In this document: one piece after another, positions 55,217 to 64,000 of the stretch
How positions within the stretch are numbered: the stretch's first letter is position 1
Layout of the letters: every line of letters starts with the position of its first letter
Assembly (NCBI GenBank): GCA_904063045.1
Contig: CAJFCJ010000004.1
Span: 2,101,713 to 2,165,712 of the forward strand
DNA: 64,000 bases
Direction of reading: 5' to 3'
From: Dimorphilus gyrociliatus
Lineage: Eukaryota; Animalia; Annelida
Position numbers and translations under genes: made by a program
Notes under the pieces: model-generated
Seen by the model: only the letters and a program-made list of their open reading frames with translations
Told to the model about the DNA's origin: nothing
Database searches by the model: none

Positions 55217-56278
55217 TTATTTCCATGCAGATTTGATAAAAGGAGTTCGAGAATTCATAATTGGTGTACTCTTTGGCCTTGCCCTTTGAGTTGGTACAGG
55301 TGTGCTTCGTGATTCTGTTGCAGTAGAAATTCTCGACATTGGCCTTCGACCTCGTACTGCAGCGCTTATAGATCTTTCATTCCTTTCTCTAGCTCTCCTC
55401 TCTTGTTCAACTTGCTGTAGGACGTGAGGCGGATAGTAGCTTAAATTCTCTCTCCATTTATATGGATCATTCAAGTAACGCTCATATAGTTTTTGCCTAA
55501 CAACGTCTTCACTTTGAGTCATATTTTCGAGGCAGTGCTTAAGCACACCCCAATTTTTATCGGAACTAGCCGCCTTTCTATCAGCTTTAACGTCTTCAAC
55601 ATTACGTTTGATCTTTCCCCATCCTCTTTTTGCAATTTTTTGAACGTTCTCAGATATTTTTGGTTTAGTAGATATTTCTCCATCCGTATCTTAAAAATGA
55701 ATAAAGAAGTAAATGATTAAATAGGAGCCATTTTCCTTATTTTTACTGGTCTTCAAAGATTAAAAAATAATGAAAAAAAGTTGGTGAATTTGTTAAGATT
55801 TATTAAGTGGTTATTGAATACTAATCTATTCAAGCCTACTTGATCATTAATGAAACTTTTATATAAAGTACGCACTAAAAATTTAGTAAGTTACTCGAAA
55901 TGAAAAAAAAACATGCTTTTCTAATGTTAATAAATAGTAAGATTATAGTAAGAAACTTGAGTAAGATACGAAGAAAACCTTTTTTTTATGTTTTCCTTAT
56001 CAAAAACTAGTTAAATTCTTACCTTTGTTCAATGACTGTAAAAAAGAGACGTTATTTAACGAAGGTTTTTCTTTGGCTTTTTCTTCCTTTTCAAGTTCTC
56101 TTTTGACCTTAGCAAAATGCGTACTAGGTGTTTTTAAGTTAACTTTTGTTCCTATTTCTAAAAGGTGAGTGGAATCGTCGCTAATCGCTTTAACGTGATT
56201 CTCGAACTGACTCCACAATGAAAACTTTTTAGAACCGTCATCTTCAATTTCTTCTAATGTGCACTCCTCCTCTCCCAT
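55217..56278 (-). CDS. Uncharacterised 242-aa protein (charged N-terminus, helical core KRGWGKIKR...RQKLYERY, Arg/Ser/Pro-rich tail)
   Basis: Exons 56278-56023 and 55689-55217 join in phase 1 via a GT-AG intron (729 nt, single open frame). No domain recognised. Confidence 0.7.
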
Positions 56279-56512
56279 AACGACTATATACGATATATAA
56301 ATATACGAGTATTAACAACACATTATTTGCTTAATCATTTCATAATCCTGCAGTCAATATGCCAATATTGTAAAGGCGGTTTATTTACTTTAAAAAGCCG
56401 TAAAAAACAATATTTTCGATGGTAAATGTTCCTTTTTGTTGAATAAAAATAGTATAAGATATCAATTTCGTATTGAAATTGTTGAATCTAATTTTGCAAA
56501 TAGAACAAAGAT

Positions 56513-56701
56513 AAATTCTCTTGTAGCTTGAACAGACCAAATTGCAACCAGCTGTGAAAATGATTGATTTTCAAGCCTTTTTACAAGATCGATACGCTGC
56601 TATCATTCATTTTTAGAATTAACAATCGTCGTCATTCGTTTAAATCCATATACTGATCTTTATAGGCTTACTGTTCAATATATTCCACCATTAATATAGA
56701 C
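56513..56701 (-). repeat. ~190-bp dispersed repeat, right copy (inverted relative to 52919-53108)
   Basis: See the left copy. Lies 235 bp upstream of the ATG at 56278. Confidence 0.9.
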
Positions 56702-57848
56702 GACTATTCGGTCATTTGCACGCTTCTTTAAATACTCTAACAATCATTCAATATAATACTTAAGATGATAGCAATTTCATTTCCTTCAATTTAAAATATA
56801 GGATTTATTCGGTTGTTTGACTTTATCATCATCTCTATAAGATTATCAAGGATTCTATTATCTTTTAAATAAATTGATGGATAACACTTCAAATCTTCTA
56901 AATGATCTTTTTGTATTGAATATAAAATGAGAAGCAGAGAGGGATTAACATTAAAAAATAGTTTAAACAATTGCATTATTATCTATTGCTTGTTTTGAAT
57001 AGTTAATTTACTTAATACTGTCATTTTTCTTTACTTTGATTATTACTTTATATAGGTTGAAAATATTCAAAGGTATGAGATAGTTTTCTTCAAAATTCTA
57101 TGAAATACTATATACAGTATATATTTATAAAGATAGCTTTATGTCTATTTACTGTAATAAAAACCTTTCTTTCTTATTCACTATTCCAGTAGTTTCTTAT
57201 AATAAAGGTGGATAAATTTCAACAGTAAGAAGACAATACACAGAAAGACTTTTTATGTAGTACATAATACTTCAATTAGTATTAAAAAGATAATTAGTGT
57301 TTTTCTTATTGTCTTTGACGTTACATGTTATTGTTTTTAGTAGGCTGTCATTTAATCTTTTCTGCTATTATTCAAGAATTCAAGATTTAGCAAAATTATT
57401 CCTAAAGGATAAAATTCAAAGACCTATAGTTTTCTTTTAATCATCCAGGCGTCGCTAGTATATTTTAAAAATAAAGCCAAAGTGGTAGGATTGTATGTAA
57501 CAACAAGTTTTAAGATGATTGCAACAATATTAATATTTATTCAAAGTATATAATTTATTCCTGGTTATATATATATATATATACACTGTATATATATACC
57601 AATATATTAATACATACCGTATATATGTTAATCAATTTCATTGATAGAATACTGTGTAACAAATGTTCCTTTTTTAAAATAATAAAAAGAAAATAGAAGT
57701 ATAAAAATGCTTTCACTTTACCATTAACTTTAAAGAAGTCTTTTTTTTTGCAGGAAATATTAAAAATTGAAGCTAGGAAAGTTGTTCTTTTGATAGAAAA
57801 ATACTTAGATAACATAATAATATTAATATAAGCCTTTTAGAGAATCTA

Positions 57849-60276
57849 CTAGTATGCTGTAATATCATCGGAGCCGCTAAACTCTACAACAAGATTACCA
57901 GGTATTTTTTTAAAACCTTGTTTCTCTCCGCTGATTAGTTCTAGACTTTTTTCCTGTATTTCTTCTTTAATGTCTCGACCCTCTATTTGTCCTTCGGCGA
58001 CAATGTTACTACGTATTCTTCCGTATTCAAAAACCTAGAAACGATTTAATATATATTATCTTTTCATTTAGCTTGTTTATAGAGAAGATACAGGAGTGAA
58101 GAGAAAAATAGGGAAAAATTTACCTGAATAATTATTGGTTCAGTAAATTTTTTTCTGTAAAATATACAACGGGTATCGTATTCTGCATCGAGTTTTCCAG
58201 AGTTTTCTTTCGCTTTGACAGGAATAGATTCGAATTTTTCTTTTTCACTCTTAATTAATAGATTTGTCATAAAATTATCCATTCTGGCTTTGGTCATATC
58301 GGGTAGATCCATATTTTCAACTTGTTTAATTCTTAATCTTGTAATGAAATTATATGGTTTTGAACAGCAAGTTGCTTTAGTAGGTACGATATCATTCATC
58401 GATCTATTGGTTAATATTGAATAAATTCAAAAAATAAATTCAAAGAAAGGTTTTTGATGTAATATCCCTACTTGGCATTTAATTTTGCTGAAGAGTAGAG
58501 CCTCAGGTAAAATTCTCCTGCAAAACCAGCAGCTTCTGTACATGGGATTAGGATGTAGCATCCCCTTTTAAACGTCTCCTTTACATAGGCACTTCGCAAT
58601 TTATTAAACGTAGTCTTAAATACTGTTTCTCCCTTATCGTTTATTCGGTATTTTCTGCATTAGGGGATAAATATGTATTAAGTTTAATAAACAAATTGAA
58701 TTATTTGATTTTTACTTACTGATTATCAGCAACTCTCATAATGTGTAAGCCAATAGCTCGTTCATTCATGTCTTTTCCAGAAGTTTCAAGGGAAATAATA
58801 ACATCATCTTTTACATTACTTATCTCGAAAAGATATTGTGGATTGTTTAAGAATGTTTTCTGAGTTTCGTTTCCACCACTTCTATCTTTTTTTGTTCCTG
58901 CTGCTCCAATAGACCATTCGCCTTTAAATGCTGTTTCATTGAGTGATTTTCCAGCCGAAAAGAACGAAGTATTTAAAAAGTGACATATATCAACGTTTGT
59001 AAATTTATCCAAAAATTCATCAAAGTCCATCCAAAACTCACTATCATTAGAATAAAGAATACCATTTTTTTGTTTCTCTTTTGGTGATAATTGCTTCATA
59101 GGTTCGGATTGTTCATTCCATTTACCATTCCATTCTTTATTACCCAAAGGATTTCTAACTCTTATTAGGCCAAGTTTATTTTTCCCCAAGTAATCTTTTA
59201 CCTTTGATTCCAAATTAGGACCCAAAACCGAAGAGACAAAATAATTTAGGCCATTGTATAAGCCATCCGAAGATGTCGTTAATTTCTCTTCAGCTGAGCA
59301 TTGCTTCCTCACAATCATAAGACTTTTATTTTGACTTGCTTCGAATAACATTTTGAAAATTTCTTGTCGAACCTCTGTGCTTAATAGGTCGTAATCTTCA
59401 AAGGATATTGGTTGAGCAACTCCACCAGTAAAGTCAACTAAAGCATTCGAAGCATTAGTCATATTCATACTTTCATAGTCCCCAATGAACCTATAGATAT
59501 CAATAATTTCATAATCAACTTTAAGCATAAAAACTGTTTGGACATATTACGACTTACTTTGCATACGCTTTCTGGCACAAAGCTCCCCAGTACTCATTTT
59601 TAGCCTCCGTATGAAGATAAATCAACTTATTATCTTTAACTGGTAAAGAATCGTCAACAACAACTTCAAACCACTCGCCAACGCTCCAAAATGAAAATTT
59701 AAATATTCCAGCGTATTGGCTTTCATCAGTAAATTCTTGTTTCTTATAATCGGGCAGAACCTATTGATAATAAAATATACATTAGTGTTTCAATATAATA
59801 TTCAATAAAATCAGAATAGAATGGAATGGCTTCAGCATTCAATACTCAATATTTGATTAAAACAAAGTTTAACAAACTTTTAAAGAAAAAGAAAGACTTG
59901 AGAAAATTGAAAAAGATCAATAAGTTATGTACATTCTCTATTTTTCACAAATTTATACAAGATAAGCATTAGAAAATATTTCTTCGATATTTACCTTGAA
60001 AAGTAACTTTTTATCTGATAAAAGAGCGCAACAAGTTGACCCAAACCAGCCAGCTCCGGTTGGTCCTTCAACATAGTCATCGCTTGTTGAATTTTCAACT
60101 AGTAAACGGGGTATTTTACTCAACTCTTTCGGCCTCCTCCATTCAATAGAATTGTCAACTTGACTAAAAAATAACGATTTATTATTTGGAGGAAATTCTG
60201 AATCTACAAATAGTTCTCCCGATGCTAGATGCTTCTTTTTGAGGTCTTTATACTTTTGATTCCGAAAAGCCGTCAT
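57849..60276 (-). CDS. CAPN5: Calpain-5/6 (TRA-3)-like protein, CysPc + domain III + C2, predicted catalytically inactive, 634 aa
   Basis: Exons 60276-59995, 59760-59558, 59490-58720, 58654-58472, 58403-58124 and 58034-57849 (1905 nt). LFVDSEFPP, VVVDDSLP, EYWGALCQKAYAK, ALVDFTGG, NPQY, and the C2-type IFYRKK..PI.IQ of the CAPN5/6 clade. A 5' UTR intron is likely (donor 60713, acceptor near 60313). Confidence 0.85.
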
Positions 60277-61132
60277 TGTCAATTGTTAAGAATATGTGCT
60301 ATTCAATCTGTAAAAAGGAAATGAACAACAATGAATACCGAGGATAGAACAAATTCTAGTTACCTATTATGAAGACTTATTAAAGGAATACTTAGAATTA
60401 AGACCTCTTGTTAAAGCAGATTTAATTTTGACACTCGTCTCAGCCAAAAGTGTGATTGGAGATATGACACAAAATGAAGCCTTTAGTTACGTTATAAATA
60501 TTTACCGCTACTTATACGAATTTCTTGTAATTAGAAAAAGACTTTATGCTTGATTTTGTTCAAAAAAATTTTTGTACAGATGTTTATTGATACTTTAAAA
60601 TAATCAATTATACAAAAACAAATTTATTTATAAATATAACGTTTTAAATACTATAAAATATATGAGACTATACCCTTTTTTAGTGATAAGCAGTAAAAAT
60701 TCCGGCAACTTACCTTTCGTATCTCTTGACTACGAAAAACAGATCAATGAAAATTGTTCAAACAAATTATGCGCAAAATAGAAATGAAAATTAACAGCTC
60801 TAGTTGTCATTTTTATGCCTTAAACATTAGATAGAAAAATTACCAAAATACATAGGTAATAAATATTTCTTTATGTAATTAACAAATCTTTCAACACTTA
60901 GAACATACCATTCAATACTCAATATAACGTTATCATGTTCAATATATATATAAATATATATCAGTATTTTTAAGCTATTTATTTCGCTTTCACTCTGTTT
61001 TCTGTACAGTTTTCACATTATGTCTTCCCTCTTTTCCATAATTAGTTTGTCAAATAATGAATTCCATACACAGTTTGCAGTTTGTTTAAAAAAGAATATT
61101 AATTATTCAAAAATTTCTTTTTCGTCGTTGTT

Positions 61133-61951
61133 TTAAAATGGAAAGCTAGTATCTTGAAATTTTTTTGGACTTTTCCAGAATTTATTTATCTTATCTTTTT
61201 CCCTTCTAGGAGATTTTAATGTAAATTCTACAGCATTCTCCGTTGTTACTTTTTCAGATTTCAAATATTTTGGAGGTATAGTTGACAGTAGAATTTGGAA
61301 TGCTTCTTGTACATTTTGTCCAGTTTTTGCAGATATTTCAATAAATCTTGACTGATGAATGCGAGCTAATAGCTTTCCTTCTTTTTGTGAAACTTTCCTT
61401 TGAGATCTTTCTATTTTATTCGCGATTAAAAGAGATATAGCTCTCGGATTAACAATACTATCCAAGCAATATTGAGCATATTCAAACGAACTCCGATTAG
61501 TGACATCATATAGAACGGCTATTGCGTGAGCTCTATGACAAGATACAAGCGCAGCATTTAAATCTCCACCTATTAGACAACCGAAATAATAATAAATAAA
61601 CAGCTAAAATTTAACTGTAAAACAATCGAAAGAATAGATTATTTATATATAGTAAATCCTATAATATCGACTTGATTCAACAAAATTTATGACATATTTT
61701 TGAATAATTTATAAATTTTTCTATGAAAGAAAACTTTTACCATAAGCAACGTAAACATTACCTTCAACATCGTAAACTTGCACTGTAACGACTCTATCTA
61801 AAGCTTGAAAATGAGTATTAAACGTATGCCTAACAACTTTAGCCCTTCCTACGCTATTCTCCGTTACTTTTCCATTGATAATTCTTTGCACAAATGTTGA
61901 TGTTCCCACGTTATAATCCGAAAGAAATACCAATTGCGCTGGTTGACTCAT
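61133..61951 (-). CDS. Atypical Rab/Ras-like small GTPase with degenerate P-loop, 208 aa
   Basis: Exons 61951-61762 and 61569-61133 (627 nt). G3-like DVEG, AVLYDVTNRSSF, G4-like NKIE, G5 EISAKTGQNV. G1 reads SDYNVGTS. Confidence 0.8.
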
Positions 61952-62871
61952 TCTCTGATAGCATGAAAATATTTCTATGAAGATTGAATGTAAAGTAATT
62001 CGAAACTAACAAGAAATTTGAAAAACAGCTGTTTCTTAAATCAATAAACCCAATTCTCCTTTTTAAAAGTTGAATATATATAAATATAATAAATTAATAT
62101 TTCGCATCATCTGAAATGCAAAATCATTAAATTAGTTGAGAGAAATTGACTAAATTTCATTGAACTATTAATAAATCAAAGTACAAAATATTTACACTGG
62201 AAGACATAAAATTGATTCAATAATTCTTCTTCATTAAAACAATACGTGTACAATGTTAAACGAAGAAATTTGAGTAAGAGAAAAGGGATGCTAGATTATG
62301 GAACACGATTGCCAGTATATTACAATTATTGTTCATATTGATTTGAAGTATTAGTGTTAGTAAGTTGTTGTTGAATTTAATACGTAAGAGACGAGTAAGA
62401 GTTGTTGGTTTGGTTAAAAACGGTTTCAACTTACAAAAAATTGCTTTATCAATCAATGAAAATTGTAAATTATCGTAAACTATATGATAGATGGAATTTT
62501 AGGTGTTTTTTTTTAAATTGCACAAAAAGTAAAGAATAACTTCATCTCTAATCTATAAAATCATGGATAGAGTTGAAAGTTTGAATTGAAATGATTTATC
62601 TAAAAAGAACATATATTCAATGAAACATTCAATAATTTCTGTTTATAAACAAGTCTACGAAAATTGCTTTTGAGGTTTTTTACAGCTAAAGGAAAATATA
62701 TTGGTCTATCCATAATACAGTACGCTATATATGTTCCTATTCTTTTTATTTAGATTTCTTGTGAAATGCTTACACCCATACTTCCAATGAAATATATACT
62801 TCAAAGGTAAAAAAAATTGGCATAGTTGATGCTATTCCTGTTTATTTCTATAATTACACAAAGCATGTATA

Positions 62872-62912
<41 letters not shown>

Positions 62913-63035
62913 CATATTGTATACTGTATATAATGCATACGAAATCATGGGCCGAAGTTTGATTATATTCAATTTTTCAGAATCTATAACACAAATCCTT
63001 TTAAATTTTATTAAATTTAATGAAAGCTATCTTGT

Positions 63036-63646
63036 TTATTCAGGCATTATCATGGTCATGTTTGCCAATGGTGGCTGCCATTTTGTTTCATCAAATTTTT
63101 CCATAAATTTTTCAAGGCATGTATCATCTAGAATTTCTCCAGTTCTCGACTTTTTCTCCAAATATAAAGCTAGAATGATAATAAATATAAAGAAAACATT
63201 AGAAAATACACTATCCATTCTTCTTCTTATCTCTTTCCTTTTTTAGTATTTAGATCTATAATAAACTGTTACCTAAACTTTCCCTTGGGGCTAGTGATAT
63301 ACTTCTAAACCAATCTTCTACGTGAACTGTCAAGAGCATTCTTATACCTCTGGCCAATTCCTTTACATCTTTCCAATCATAAACTCCTATTTTTGGTAGA
63401 TTTGCAGAAGTCATATGCACCAGTTTCCTTCCATCAATGTTATTTTTTTCGAAGCAATCCTAAGTAATAATTTATTGATTTTCATTCAATTTCAATCAAT
63501 TGTTTAATAGAGAAAATTATAGATCAACATACGACATACTGCGGAAATCCAGCTTCGTCTTTCACCCACTTACAGACTTCTTCAACTGTCCAAAACCATG
63601 TTCTCGGAACTCGTTCATCGACCAAATCTTCATTTATTCCACTCAT
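63036..63646 (-). CDS. SAMD15: SAM-domain protein, SAMD15-like, 144 aa
   Basis: Exons 63646-63533, 63459-63273 and 63169-63036 (435 nt). WTVEEVCKWV...GFPQY.DCF..NNIDGRKLVH...NLPKIGV.D..D.K, followed by RSISL.PR..LYLE.KSRTG, which I recognise as SAMD15-like. Confidence 0.75.
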
Positions 63647-63716
63647 TGAAAATAATAGTAATAGAATATAAAGAAATCATATAAAGTAATTTTTCAATAA
63701 GATATAGAAAAGTACG

Positions 63717-63729
63717 GTTACTAGGCTAC
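63717..63729. promoter_or_regulatory. RFX X-box (GTAGCC-T-AGTAAC on minus) upstream of the SAMD15-like start
   Basis: Exact match to GTNRCC(N0-3)RGYAAC, 71 bp upstream of the ATG at 63646. Confidence 0.6.
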
Positions 63730-64000
63730 TGTCGTCTGCAAAAATTAGACAATTCGACATGCGCCATCTGAAATATTTTTTTAAATAAATAAACCTATGT
63801 CATATAATACGCCATCTTGTGTATTTTAACTCTTCTCCTTTATAAACAGTTTAATATCATCAACACTGTCATTATCTAAACAAAATACAATGAAAAAGAT
63901 ATGCAAATTAGCTATAACAAATAAAAAATTATCCTCAGGTAGAATAGGAAATATAAGATTTCCTTTTAATTTTCTATTAATTAACTGAGGGAAAAAACCA

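Noticed and set aside
55217-63646. Four co-oriented minus-strand genes as a trans-spliced operon
   Set aside because: Gaps are 0.85-1.6 kb, the calpain's upstream acceptor has a matching cis donor (60713), and SAMD15-like has its own promoter motifs.
1-64000. CRISPR arrays, rRNA, tRNA, snRNA, intact transposase or reverse transcriptase, prokaryotic operons
   Set aside because: None recognised. The sequence is intron-containing animal DNA, and TTG/GTG starts in the ORF track are artefacts of exon-internal codons.

Overview
AT-rich (roughly 25-30% GC by eye), gene-dense eukaryotic DNA with many 50-70 bp GT-AG introns. It comes from an invertebrate animal, and the gene set and compactness suggest a spiralian such as a miniature annelid (inference only). 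Most short ORFs in the track are spurious or exon fragments. I rebuilt ten protein-coding genes by splice site and phase. Left to right: a 28-repeat ankyrin protein (-), an AJM1-like MYND-finger protein (+), a secreted ADAMTS-like M12B metalloprotease (+), an intronless heparan sulfate 3-O-sulfotransferase (+), histidine decarboxylase (+), a GAF-GAF PDE10-like phosphodiesterase (-), an uncharacterised 242-aa protein (-), a calpain-5/6-like pseudoprotease (-), a degenerate Rab-like GTPase (-) and a SAMD15-like protein (-). The best candidate for an undescribed system is the PDE. It has two tandem 112-nt mutually exclusive exons that swap residues lining the cyclic-nucleotide pocket. A perfect 11-nt intronic inverted repeat brackets one of them, and the normally invariant pocket glutamine is glutamate. 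Other notable items: a 37-37-33 aa higher-order ankyrin periodicity, ~190-bp inverted repeats flanking the uncharacterised gene, many TA-CAG-TA interruptions in TA tracts resembling Tc1/mariner footprints, and RFX X-boxes just upstream of the PDE and SAMD15-like starts. I found no rRNA, tRNA, CRISPR array or intact transposase. All counts and alignments were done by eye.
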